From the NCBI GenBank assembly GCA_051294375.1, contig CM119271.1, forward strand, positions 14,824,770-14,888,769: a stretch of 64,000 bases of DNA. The letters are read 5' to 3'. The stretch is from Paraspadella gotoi (taxonomy: Eukaryota > Animalia > Chaetognatha). This document shows positions 21,941 through 35,500 of this stretch, one piece after another; within the stretch, counting starts at the first letter, position 1; each line of letters opens with the position of its first letter. Position numbers and translations under genes: made by a program. The notes beneath the pieces were generated by a model. That model worked only from the letters and a program-made list of their open reading frames with translations. It made no database searches and had not been told where the DNA came from.

Positions 21941-24900
21941 TCACATGACGGAACAGGATTTTTCGTTGGCTATGTGTGGGACTTTGCTGGCGACCTTCAA
22001 CTCTGTGGCTTCGTCGTCTTCGATGGCGCGTTCCTGATCGTCCATTTCGTGTACGAGCTCGTCTCGTTTGTTCACCAGCTAGGGATACACATTTTTAATT
22101 TATAACAATCCTCTTTTCCTAATTAAATTAATTGTTAAGAATTTAGTTTGACCATTAACCAACTTCATAAAGCTTTTTATCAAACAGGATGCTCCCGCAT
22201 GTCGTATTTTCGTATCAACAACGAACGACAACTCCACCCCCCCCCCGAACTCCACCTACCCACCGAATCTTCATCGCGATTCCCAGCAAACTCGGCCCAA
22301 ACCGAAAAAACTACCGAGGAATCTCTCCTTTCCGTTATCACCCCAATATGCAAATGAGAATTAAGCGACAGACTCACCGAAATCAATTCGCCAAGGAGCA
22401 ACTCCTCCCGCTTTTTCTGCGCTTCCGTCTTTTCCCAATCTTCCATCTTCATCATGACTCGGAGTTCGCGTTGCAGCATCTCGTAACGCCGCTCCAAGTC
22501 TTCCTCGCGCTCTGATAAATAAATAAACGTAAATAAATAATTGTCAGCATATCGTTTTCATCGTCGCCAGGTACTCTTCATCTTACCCAGAATGTTTAGC
22601 TGCATCTGCCTTCGAATGAGCGCGTTCTTTTTGTTGACAAGATCGAACCATTCTTGCATGTACTTCTCTTCCAGTTCTTTGCTCTGTTTTCCCTGCAAAT
22701 AACAGTGATTTCTTAAAAATCAGAAGAGCCACTTCTTCTTCCCGGCAGCGAGCCTCCAAAACCCCCACACCTGTTTATCCATGACCCTCCTCAGTTTCTT
22801 CTCGACCAACCAGGCCTGCCTGTCCACCATGGCCTGTTCCCTCTCCAAACTCTGCTGTTCGTTCATGATGTATTCGTTGGAAGTCTGAGGGAAATCCTCG
22901 AATTCGTCTTCGTCGTCGGCGCCGGATTTGGGAGAAACCAAGTGATCGAAGGACTTGAGTTTGGCGCCGCTCGTTTGGCGCCGAATTTGCGGCGCCACGG
23001 GTGATGCGGGCCCCTGACGCTGTTCCATGGCGACGCGGAGAGCTTGTCGAGTGATGAGAATGATTAGCCGACTCACTCAGTCTGTCTGTCTGTCTTCAAT
23101 CTCTCGCTCTCACCTTCGCTGTCGTCCGTGCCCAGCTTGGCCGCTGTGGTCGCCATGGCCACCGCCAGTTCCGGTCTCGTCAACATTATCCTCTTTAGCC
23201 TCAAGTCCGGCTTCGGCGCGGGTCCAGTCCCTTCCTCGGACCCGGCGCTCCCATCCTCTCGCCCACGGCGCGCCATTTCCTCTTTTCGGCGCCTAGCGCC
23301 TTCGCTAATAGCGCCGATTCCGGGAACTTCCGGTTTTCCGATTCCAGTCCTCGCCTCTTCGATCAGTCGGCGCGCGCGTTCGCGCAAAACCCTTTGACGC
23401 TCCGCCTCGTCGAGTTTGGTGGAGGAGGTCTGAAAAATGGATGAAAGAATGAATGACTACATGAATAAACGAATAAACTAACGAACGAATAAATAAATGA
23501 ATAAACTAATTAAAGAATGATTGAATCTATGAAAGGTTAATGAAATATAATGAATAATTAAACGAATTAAACCAAAAAATAAATTGACAAACGTCCCGCG
23601 ACTTGCCAACACCCTCAAACGAAAAGTCAACTCACCGACGACGTGGACGCCTCCGACGAGGGTGAGGGCGTCAATGGATTTATGGAGACGATTTCCGCGG
23701 TGCCGTTCATCGACGTCGCCGTCTCCGCGCGCAAAGCCGCGTCCTTCCGCGCCTGGACATAATTAAGATTATTTCTGGATTATTTCTAGCTAAAACTCCA
23801 GACTTTCCCCCCTCCCTCCCCCCGAAGAATCAAGTTATTAACCTGCTCCAGCAACATCCTGGCTCGCTCCTTCAGCTCCTGCTGCCTCGTCTTCGGGTCG
23901 CCCTTCGCCTCTTCCGACAGGAACGAAGTGTAGCTTTTGCTCATGGACACGAAGGCCTGATGAGGAGAAGTTGAAAATAGTATTCAACTTTGAAAAATTG
24001 AAGAGATCGAGAGACAAATGGGCCAGTATCCAAAATATCGAGAGACAAATGGGTGAGGATCCAACCTTGGGTCGATCCGGTTTCTTTCTCCCCGGAGGAG
24101 TCGATCTCTCTTTGCCCGATTTCTCCGCACCATCGTCTTCGCCCGCCGAATCGGCGTCGTCTCTGCTTCCTCTCCTCTCTTCTCTCTCCTTCCTTCTTTC
24201 CTCCTTTTCTTTTCTTTTCCTCCGTCGCTCCTCGCGACGAACCTCCTTCTCAGTCTCGGCGAGTTTAGATTCTGATCGGGGAAGAGAAAAAGGAGTAAGA
24301 ACTAATGGGAGAAATAAAAAGAAGGAAAAGAAAAAAAGAAAAAATAGAGGAGAAGAAGACGAGGCTATGATCGACTAGCGGTTTCTCAAAATGAAAAATC
24401 TGCGATGGCGTCAACAATGAACATGAGCAAAGTTAAGGATACGTATTGAAATAACAAGTTTGAGCAAACAATGTCGGATCTGCCTACGATAATTAAGTGG
24501 TAATTAGCTAATCAGATGATAAATCACGATAATTCTTTCAATTTTCGACCCTAACTGATCATAACAGATCATACTGTGGTTGTATATTCAAACCACCTCA
24601 CCTCCACGATCGTTCAGCCAATACCATTGGGATTAAACTGAACTGTTACTATGGTACAAACAAATAATTTTTTAACTATTATTATTTTTTAAACTTGCAT
24701 TATTTTTTAAAACTTGCATTATTTTTTTCACTTGCATCAGTTTTTTAACCTGCATCATTTTTTCAACTTGGATCATTTTTTCACTTTAATTAAATAATTA
24801 ATCAATTATTTAATGAAAATATTAATAAGTAAGCATAAATAATAAAAATTCAAGTCAACTTGACTTTGGTTTTTTTCATGCAAACTCATTTCCACTCCTT

Positions 24901-27900
24901 GATTCCATCGGAACTTTATGTCCTGCTCAATTACACACTTTCCTAACTAGACACAAAATTTTATCTCATTCTATTCATCCAATTATGATTAATTCGAATA
25001 ATTATGGGTTAAAATTAGTAAAAAGATTCATGTAAATGTGACTTATGTTTTTTTTCCATTTAAACCCTTTTCCACTCGCACGATTCCATCGAAACTATAT
25101 CCAGCTCAATCACACACTTTCCTAACCACACATAAAATCTTATTCCAATCCATCCATCCAATCACGAGTAATTGCAGGTTTTTGCTAAGTGGGGACGGAC
25201 AGACAGATGGACATTTTTTTAAATAATTTATCATAATTCGATATTCTGATATGATAAAAATGNNNNNNNNNNNAAGTGAATTATAGAGTCGGAATCTGCT
25301 GATAAGCGGATTCAACTAAAAATCGAAAAAGAGGCTTTATATTATTATTACAATACTAAAATTAATAACCCAATTTACCACNNNNNNNNNNATATTCTGA
25401 TATAATAAAAATGATTTACCGACAAAATTTAGGGGTGGGACCAACGGACCGACAAAGTGAATTATAGAGTCGGAATCTGCTGATAAGCGGATTCGACTAA
25501 AAATCGAAAAAGAGGTTTATATATATAACATATATTATTATTACAATACTAAAATTAGTAACCCAATTTACCACCACCATTAATTTGTTATATCTGGTTT
25601 CTGAAAATCAATTGTGAGCGAAGAAAAATATAAAACAGTTTTAAATTTCTATTGTTAAGGCCTAATAAGTTTCCAATTATTCTTTTTTTTTTTCAGCTTA
25701 CGTTTCTCGAACTCTCAAAAAAAATTTGCAATCGCACTGTGATGATAAATAAACAGAAGATATCCGTGATTTCATGACGTATTAAAAAAATAAAAATCAT
25801 GTGACAATGAAGTTTTAGGCTTTAACTAAAAGTTGGTTATTAAAGAACCAAAGGCGAAACAATCTGACCACATTATGCAAATTTGATTAAAGAAATGGAT
25901 GAGAATAAAGTCACATTGACTCACCCTCGTTCTCTTGCTTTCCGGTCGGCGTTATGGTCGGCTTGACGACCGGTTGGAAGTGCGAGGCGGAACCGTTGGC
26001 GGAAGTTGTCATGGCGGGCGACTGGACAAAAAGAATGTGATTGGGTATAAGAGAGAGAGAGATGTTGAACACAAACTCTCGTTGTAATCCGTCTATCTTA
26101 TTTAGAGATCTTATTTAGAGATAGAGAGAGAGACTCACTGGATCTCCAGAAAATCTCTTAGTTACGACTTCGTAAGTGTCTTCGATGGAAGATTCTTTTT
26201 TGAGCGTCGGCGCTGAATTCGTCGTCGTCGTCGTCTGTTGAATCGAAGAAGCGTCAACGTCATCGTCGTTGTCGTCGTCGCTGGCGAAAGGATCCATAAA
26301 TTGTTTCCGCGTCATCGAGTTGTTCGAACGAGAAGTCGATTCTCCGTTGGCGACGGGCGACGCCTCTTTAGCCAAGCCCGCTCCACCGCTTCCGCTCCTG
26401 CGCCCGCTCCCGTACATCTCACGGGCGATGGCGCGGTCAAAGGCGCGGTCCAACGTCCGGTCGTTGGAATCGCCCGCCATCGAGTAGGTCGACGCCGTCG
26501 GATTCGTCTCTAGTTGCTTCACTTCCAACTCTTTGCCCGTGAAGCGCGCCCTGCGGGAGGGGGGGGAGGGAGAGAGAAAAAGAGAGAGAAAAATAGAGAG
26601 ATCACTCTCCGTTCTCATCGCCTATTAGTTAGGGGGAACGCAGGATTCGCCCCTTAACAAGTGCACAAGTGAGCAACAACTAGATAGGCTCCTTAATCCT
26701 TACCTGAGTTGATAAAGGTAAGTCATGATCATAAGTTTGTCGGGGACGGATAGCAGCACCATGTCCGATGGTTCTATTAGGCGAGGGATGCCCTCGTGTT
26801 TCGCCGCGAGGTCAAAGACCAATTTGCAGTTGCCTTTGATGTCGCGCGGGGAGAGAACGTCGAAATCTGAAAGGAGAGAAGAATTAGACCCGCGACCATG
26901 AGGTGATAAACTCGATATCTCTATCGCTCAAAATTTCAGCTATCGAAAGATCATGCTCATTATAAATTACAAATAAATCTAATTTACAAAAGACGGAATT
27001 GATACAATATGAAACGATAAGAGAATCTTATTTAATAATTACGACTATTGTTGTCAAAAAACATCATCTTAAACAAAACTCCATAAAAGAAAAATATGAA
27101 CTTTCACAAAACGCTATAATATGCAAATGATATTTTAACTCACCTAGCAAATCCGGTCGAAATCTATGCAGTATGGCGCAAAATGCCAACCCGTTCCTGA
27201 AGGAGGTGGTGTAGTTGGTGATCTTGACGCCCTTGTAATTCGCCGTGGCTTCTTTGCACCAATTGAGGAGATCGGAAGAGGGCGTGTTCTCTTCTTTCTT
27301 CGCTCTTCTCTCTCGTTCTTCTTTTTCCTTCTCTCTCTTCTTCCTTTCCTTTTCCTCCTTCTCTCTTTTTTCCTTTTCCTCCCTCTCTCTCTCCTCGCTC
27401 CTCTCTTTCCTCTCCCTACTCCTCGACCTCGATCCTCCCTCCTGCTCCCTCGTCCGTCTCAAAGGCACGCGGGCGTCGTTGCCTCGGCTGAAGTCCCTCA
27501 TTCCGACGAGAACGTCGAGATCCTCGTCGCTCGGCGTCTTCGGCGACTCGACGCCGCGCTTCGTCGGCGCCACGCCGGTCCAACGCGGGGGCGACGACGA
27601 CGAGTGGACGCCGAGACGCGGGCGAGCCGAAGGCCGCGCGGGAACGACGTTTCCGTTGAGGGCGTCGACGTTGGAATCCTGGGCGGAGTCGACGGAGCGA
27701 GTCGAGGGTTTCGACAGGTTGATCTCGATGCCTTTCTTGTAGGTGGGAGGCTTACCGGCTGGGAAGGGAGTAAGTACAATGGTTGGTCATTATTCAAAGG
27801 ATCAAAGGAGTCGCGACTTGATTAAGTATAGATAAATCTCTACCTTCTAACTTTGTTTAATGTTGTTATTTTCCATTGGCAAAACTACAATTAATTTACC

Positions 27901-29066
27901 ACTGATCGATGCTATTAGGATATCCCCTCCCTCCTACATATTATTTAAATTTTAATTTTATTTGACTTATTTAAGAATGAACTAACTTGTACTTTCGTCT
28001 CCTCTTCTCTCCATCCTCCGATTATCCACTCCTCTCTCCGCAGCCGCCATCCGCCCCGCCGCTCGGTTGTCCAGCCGCGGCGACGCAGGAGGCTTCGGCG
28101 CCGATCGTTTCTTGGGAGACGGAGAAGGCGGCGCCGGTGGGCGCGGCGGTCGAGGAGTCGTGATGGGCTCGAGCGTGATGGTGACGCCGTCAGCGTCTTC
28201 GTCTTCGTCGTCGAAAGGATTGAGACTAGATTCTCTCTCGTCCTCGAAAGGATTGAGGGAGTGAGTGGAGGGCCGTCGATTGGCGGCGGCAGCGGCAGCC
28301 GAAGCGGTCGGCCCGGGCGGCGGACGTTGTGGGCGCGATCCTTGCGGCGGCGGCGGCGAAGGCGAGGGTCGACGCGGAAGTGTGGAAGGTCGAGGAGGAG
28401 AAGGAGACGGTCGACGAGGAAGAGTTGAAGGACGTGAAGGAGAAGGCGATGGAGGACGACGAGGCAGAGTGGCGGGTCGCGCGGGAGACTGGCGCTGTTG
28501 TCTCGATCCCGCATTGGGCGGCGGCGGAGACGGCGAAGGGCGTCTACGTCGCGGAGAAGGCAACGGCGATTCGGCGGGAGAACGACGAGGCGACGCCGCC
28601 GGAGACCGCCGCGGAAAAGTGGCGGAGGATCCCGGCGGCGGGCCGGAGGATGAAGAACGCCGCGTTCGTGGCGGCGTCGATGGCGGGAGAATGGCGGAAG
28701 AAGAGGCAAGAGGTGCGGCGGCGGCGGCGGCGTCGAAGGCAGCGGCGCGAGAGACGCGAGGAGATTTAGAGCGAGAGTCGGACAAATCCTCTTCCTCCAT
28801 GTCTTCGGCGAAAGGGTTCGTCTCGACAAAGGCGCCTCCTGGTAGGGGAAAAGAACCCATGTCATTTTGTATATTTTTAAACTTCTAAACAAAGCAAAAA
28901 ATATTTTATTTTATGAATAGAATTGTTAAACATATGAAGAAACTGACCATCGCTGTCGTCGGCTTCTTTGAAAGGAGACTGGGCGTTGGAAGGACTTAGA
29001 GCAAACTCATCGTTCTCGTCAAAGCTGAAAAGGGGAGAGTTGTGTGTGTGTGTGTGTGGAGAGAAG

Positions 29067-29128
<62 letters not shown>

Positions 29129-30690
29129 GACAGAGAGAGAGACAGACACGCCGTCAACACTCACGTCTTCTTCAAGTCCGACACGGCGTTGCGCAGCTCG
29201 TCCCTGGCTCTCTCCTTCTCCGCGGCGTCGGCTGCGGCGGTGGCTGCGTCCTCATCCTCCTCATTGAAGTCGGCGGCTTCGATGTCGTCGAGGTCGTCGA
29301 GTCTCCCGACGTCGGAGAATCCGGGCATCGACATTAGGGATGCGATCGACTGCATGTCGTCGTCCGTGGCTTTGCCCTCTCTGAAAAGGGGGGAGGGGGA
29401 AGGAGGGGGAGGTGGAGGGGGAGGAGAGGGGGAGGTGGAGGGGGAAAGGAGAAGGGGAGGTGGATGGAGGGAAGGAGAGGGGGAAGGTGGAGGTGGAGGG
29501 GGGAAAGGAGAGGGGGAAAAGGAAGGCCGAGGAGAGGAGGAGTTAAGGGAGAAGAGAAAGTAAATATTAATTCAAAATCCATTCAACAAAAATTTAATCG
29601 AAATCCGAAAACAATAAATAAACTGAACTAAACGAAATTAAGAAAAAAAAAAGTCTTTCCCATTCAAATCCAATAACCGCGATCTTTCTCTTTGGTTTTT
29701 TTTTTTGTTTTTTTTTTTTAAAGATCAGGGAAGAAAATAATGAACAAATAAGCAATTCATCGATTAAAAAGTCAATAATTATAAATCTATCTACAAATAC
29801 AGTTCCTACCTGATAAAAAGGCAGGAGAGGGTGAGTTGCAGATAACCCGACACGACTTTCTTCGATCCCGGCTTCAATTTAATCTTGAGCTCGGACTGAG
29901 ACGGAATGGGCGTGGCAAACGGTGCCATGTCGATCGGCGCCGAACACAACACCTTTCGTCGTCCCTTGGCGTCTTCGTCCTCGATCACAAAATGCCAAAC
30001 CTTGAATGCGGAAAAAGGGGGGCGTGGGGAAAATAAGATTAAATCTTTTAATCTCATTTGCATAAAGCCGTGTATTTATTAAGTATCGACGGATTTTTAT
30101 TCGGTTGCTTTAGAAGTTTAATAGAATTATTTTGCATCGATTAATAGTCATTTTAAATTTAGATATGATTGTGAGATAAATATTGAACAATTATTATACT
30201 CAATCAAAACAGGAAAACGTGCAAATAAGATTGCGGGACGCAATCTCGTTTGGAATTCTCCACAAATTTCTCCGCTTCAAACAAAGAACCTTCTCCTCGT
30301 AGGCTGTGGCCTTGGGGTCCTGAAAGAGCGTGACCATGATCTCCACGCTCTCGGGCACGGGCCACACAGCGAGGCCGCGGTAGGGGTTTTGAATCGTGGG
30401 CTGCCAAGCCATCGGCTCCGAAGTCTTGCGACGGGATCGTCTCGTCCACACCACGCAGAGCTTGTTGGGCTGCCAGTTCTTCGTGCATTCCACCATCAGT
30501 TCCTGGAGCGATTTAGCGACGAGGGTTAGCAATTGCTTGGTAACTTTAGCAAGCTTTGATTCTAACGTTTAATGATAGGTAATTGGGTCTAGCCACCACT
30601 ATAGTGACGCTTCACCTGGTAGGAGGCAGTGAACTGATACTTGGCCGCCTTCTTTCCCACCCGTTGGAGTCGCTTCCAGACGGAACTCAT
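21941..30690 (-). CDS. EHBP1: EH domain-binding protein 1 (NT-C2, NPF motifs, calponin-homology, bMERB, CaaX), ~18 exons
   Basis: [47 protein letters not shown]; [17 protein letters not shown]; several NPF motifs; CH domain LLNWCKE...[25 protein letters not shown]; b[22 protein letters not shown]; ends with the CaaX box CSVM*. Confidence 0.96.
24453..25503 (-). mobile_element. Non-autonomous Helentron (HINE/DINE-1-like) element in an EHBP1 intron
   Basis: Termini shared with 37405-37919 (ttagtcg.at..gcttatcagcagatt.cgactctataat hairpin; attatcgtaggcagatccgacattgtttgctcaaacttgtt), a GTCY microsatellite and internal tandem modules. One terminus is duplicated across N gaps. Confidence 0.75.
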
Positions 30691-32516
30691 TTTCAACGGA
30701 TGCAGAGATCATCTACAAGGCGGCATTATTAATTTTTAACCAATGAGAGGATGTATATATCACTGATCATCTTTTATATCAGCGATATCCTCCATCCTTT
30801 TTTTTTTTGGTCCCAAATTATCATTCCATCGTTTGTAATTTGTTTAATGTTTATTAAGCCTCTACTTAGGTACTTTAACACAGCGCGATCTGCAAGAAAA
30901 AAAAACAAAACGCATTTGTAAATAAAAACGAATAACAGAGAAAAATATTGAGTATGAATACATTAGAGAAAAAAATTTTGAGACAGAGAGACTCAACGAT
31001 TAATCAGTAAAAAGAATAAATTCGATGAAATAAAAAGAGAAAAAAAAGTTTTAATTTATTTTATAATTAATAATTATTAATTAATTAATTATATTTTTGA
31101 ACGACAAAAAAAGGCCCCCACTTCAAACGACCACCACCCAAATTGTTTGCTGCTATATCAACTATATACCTTTCAAACATAATATGTGAAGATAATTATA
31201 TAATGGTTAGGTTATACAAATTCAAACAAAACGGAAACAAAAAAGGAAAAAGTTAGAAAAATTAATCTAAACAAATAACTCTTTGTCAAAAAGACAGTGA
31301 AGAGCGTCGGATAAGTAAGGAACTGTAAATCTATGAACTAACATCTAATTTATAAGGCTACTTTTACGGTTTTCGTAAGGCTAAACCCTTGAACTGTTTA
31401 ACATTTAAATTCTTAAAAATCAACATCTAATTAGTTAAGATCAACATCTAAAATCATGATTTTTTTTTTGCGTACGCTATAATCGATGAATTAATATTAC
31501 TTGAGGCAAGAAGCAAATCCAACCAGAGAGAGAGGGAGAAAGAGAGGGAGAAAGAGAGAGAGAGAGAGCGCGAGAGAGGGGTATACGATCAAAGTCATCA
31601 CATTAGTGCTGCAAACAACAAAATGAAAGCTCATAAAATCTTACTAATCGACGAGGATGAAAAGATCGTGAGAAAAGGTTGAAAATTGGGATTTATTCGG
31701 CTTCTCATCCACGTCGATATACGTATTGTGCTAAAAACGAGTGCGTCAAAAAAATACTATAGCCTAAAGGGAAGTTCGCTGATTAAATTCATGATTAATG
31801 ATTAAATTCATCGCTGAGAATCCGATTCCTCCAGACAAAAAATAACTATTTGGAAGACGGTGACAAAAATAATTTACTAAGAAAACAATTCCAAAAAAAA
31901 TCTCAAAATGCAGAGATTTTTCTACTAAAAATATTTTCCCCGAAAAGTATAAGTTAAGCACCGAAACTCGAAAAATTCATAAATAAAACGGTTTTGGTTT
32001 TTTGGAGTAAACCGATGAGGATGTTTCTAAGAAAAGCAACATTGAATCCCGCATACGACCGAAGCGGCGAGAACAAAGAAAAGCTAAAGTTAATATTAAT
32101 CATTAATATTAATCATTAGGCTGCGATTATTGGTCATTTTCATCAATCAAGTCAAATCAAATTACAATTGAAAAAAAAACAAAAAACACGAAGCCTCGAA
32201 ATAAAGCAAAATACCGACGTCAGTTTAAACGAGGTACATGAATCAACTGTGATTTTTAGGAAACGATCACAGATCAACTGTGACCGGTCTCAAACCGTTG
32301 GCCGTTAACCCGCTAGCCTTGTTATCCGTTAACTCATTTGCACGAAGCGCAAAAATAAAAACCCTGAGAACTTATATGTATCTCTCTACAGAAGACCGTT
32401 TTGAAAAAAATTATTCTCAAAGACAAAGAAAACTACTTCACTTTCCCTTATTAAAAAGAGACTAATGCTGTTTTATATTTTCTAAATCATCACCTTCAAA
32501 ATTAAATCCCTCTTTT

Positions 32517-35500
32517 TTAAATCTGAAATTTCGAGACCATCTGCTTGACCCAACCCTTCTCCGGCGATTCCTCATCCTCTTCCCTTCTCTCCTCTTCCTC
32601 TTCCCCCTCGTTCCTCGTCAAATACGCGCTACGAATCTCGAAAGGCTTCGTCCTCTCTTTCTCCGAGATTCGAATCGTGCATCCAATGTCTCCCTCAGTC
32701 GCTCGACGACAAACGACTCCCATCTTTTTATCCGACTTCCTCCAACTCTGAGCCAAAAAGATGGAGCCTTCGGAGACGGCCGATTCCGAGGCGATCGATC
32801 CCGTCCATCCCGTCATCCTTCCTCCTTCGTCCCTCCCCGCCGATCCGCCGATCAAAGCTCTCCTCCTTTCCTCCACCGACTTGGATTCTTCTCCTCGACC
32901 GATCGACTCCACGCTGCGTCGATTTCCCGGGCGCCTCTCGTACTCGGCGCTGCGTGCCAATTGACGCATTTTCTGCTGAATGACGGGCGAGGTGACGCGA
33001 CGGGGCTTGCCGCGTGCCAACGCTACGCGAGCCGGTTCGAGGGACTTGGCGCGGCGGACGCAGAGACGCTGCGGAGTGGAGGCTGCGGCCGCGGTGGGGG
33101 AGAGGGAGAGAAGTTTGGATCGATGAAACTTATCGATGGGACGAGAGACACGGTCCGTCGAATCGTAGCGCGAAGAGGCGCGATTTCCTCCGGCGTCGGC
33201 GTCATCGCTGAAGATCCCGGACTCTCGGCAGCCGAGATCGTCGTCGAGGAGACTTCCACCGGAAGTGGCGTCGCTCTCGAATTCGAGACAAGTCTCCAGG
33301 TGGCGCTCATAGAACTCGTCGTCCTCTTCGACCAGCGTCGGGTTGCTGCCCGCGTTGAGGCGGTTGATCTGCGATGCTGTCAAGTCCGCGCCAACGACGG
33401 CCGCTTCGTGAAAGGTGAAGGAGGCATGGCCCTAAAGGAAAGTGGCAAATTAAAGATTTAGAGGCACAATGAAATATGATAAGTTGCCCAGAATGCCCCC
33501 TCACTGGCTCTCACGTCATAGTTTTAGAAACTAAAGCTTTTTACCTTTGAGATGCTGTTCAAAATATTTATCCTCCCTTCTCCATAAAACTTTCCGTTAA
33601 CTAACCGAATCGCGATTGTCCCACGCGGCGTCCCCGTTCCTCTCCCGGCGTCGACCGGAAGTGGATACGGCGTCGATGACGAGCGGACTGACGATCACCG
33701 GCGCCGGAACGTCCTTCCCGGAGACGATGGACTCGTAGAGGGAGCCGTGCGCTCTAGAAGAGCCGTCCAGTAGTGGATCGGCCATTCGGGCGCCGATGAG
33801 TTCCAACTTGCTGAATTCTCCTCCTCCCCAGCCAGCGCCGGGTTTGGCGGCGGCGGCTTCGGACTTGCGACGAGGCAAAGCAGTTTCGAGAGTGGCTTTG
33901 GTGAGAGTGATGGTCACGTTGTTTGAGGCGACGGAGGACGCGGGTTCCGATGCTGAAGTCGACTTTCCTTCAATACGTTCGTCGATCATTGACACCGGAC
34001 GAGAGAGCAGAGAGGCTTTGAGTTTGAGAGTCGGCGACTCCGTCACCACGCCGGGCGGCGGCCGACGAGACGGCGACGGCAAAGACGCCTTTCGCGCCCG
34101 CGGTAGACGCGCCTTTAGATTAGAGACGGCGACGCGAAAGGATCCGACGAGGCGTTCCGACGACGCCGAGGCGACGACGGTGCACTCGCTTTCCTCATCG
34201 CCCTCTGGCGGCGGCGTAGATTCCGATAGAGTTCCCGACGCGGCGCTGCGGTCTCCACGCGGCGCCGGATTGAAGGAAGACGCGAGGAAAGACTGCGAGG
34301 CGGCGCGAACTTTTGGTGGAAGCTTGGGAGGCGGTTGGCGGATCGAGTGGGAAGAGGAAGATTTTTCGAAGGCGTCGATTCGTCGTTTGACTTTTGATCG
34401 GAAATTTGGATCCGAAATTTGATTTCCGTTTGTTGACTGGGATCGAGAGACGGAGGGGTTGAATCTGGCATCAGTGGCGTCGCTGACCTGATCACAGGAA
34501 AAATACACAAAATAAATACAAACAATATAGATTGATTCAATAAATAAGCTATCTCGTTCCTATTTTTTGCGAGCTATGCTGGGTTCATGACTCCATTCAA
34601 CAAAAAAGTTAAGAACATAGCAAGATCTAGCAGGTTTTCAATCAAAATTTTCAGTCTCGTTGAGAACCTAGCTTCCCTAATCCCTATCGATGTTTTATGA
34701 AATGTTTTGTATTAGAAAGAAGACTAATAATAAAGGATAAACCTATTTGTTATTCTCGTTTTTTTTTCAGGCTAACATTCTCACCCCCACCTGTTCGTCC
34801 GCCTTCACCGATTCTTCCTCCCTCGTCTTGACGCGACGCTTGAGGCCGAAACTCGACTTCCTCTTTACGACCTTGAAGGAGAGAGACTCTGGCGTCGAGA
34901 TTGTCAGATCATCGGAACAAGACACCGACGCCGGAATCGATCCGGCAAAAGAGGCCGGATCCGACGGCGGAACGGCGTCCTCGTCTCTGGCGGATCGAAA
35001 AAACGCCGACTGTCGGTTCCACACGAGGCGATTGGTGGGCGAATCTCGTCGATCCGGAGCGCCGAGGGAGAATCTCCGTCTCAAGGATGAAGACGACTTG
35101 GGCGGAGATTTGGGCAAAGTGTTGCGGACGACGCCGCCGCGATGGAGCAGGGGGGCGTCTGGCGTCGCTTCCAAGATCTTTGAGGGTCGACCTTTGGTAG
35201 GGTCGGAAACTCGTGGCGTCGGAGTGGACGTGGCGCTTTGGGTTCTCTCGCTCTCATCTTTCTCTGCTTCACTGGCTTTGATATGGCGCAATTCGTCTGA
35301 AGGCACTGCAGCAACAGTAGCGGCGTCGCGGCGTTCCAAAGCCACGTAACCAGCGTCTTCGGCATCGTCCTCATCTGCGCTTCCGTCCGACTCGGTCGAG
35401 ACTTCATAGTCGTCGTTGCGCGAGCGAATTCTGATTAACCTGCGATAATCATATGATTTACAAATACAATTTGCATACTGTAGTCAGAGGTAAGAATTAT

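Noticed and set aside
25263-25503. Apparent tandem duplication of the HINE terminus
   Set aside because: It is bounded by two N gaps and is most likely a scaffolding artefact.
29040-29150. (GA)n/(CT)n microsatellites as an intron-bridging code
   Set aside because: They occur in both orientations near donors, acceptors and UTRs with no consistent complementary pairing in this window.
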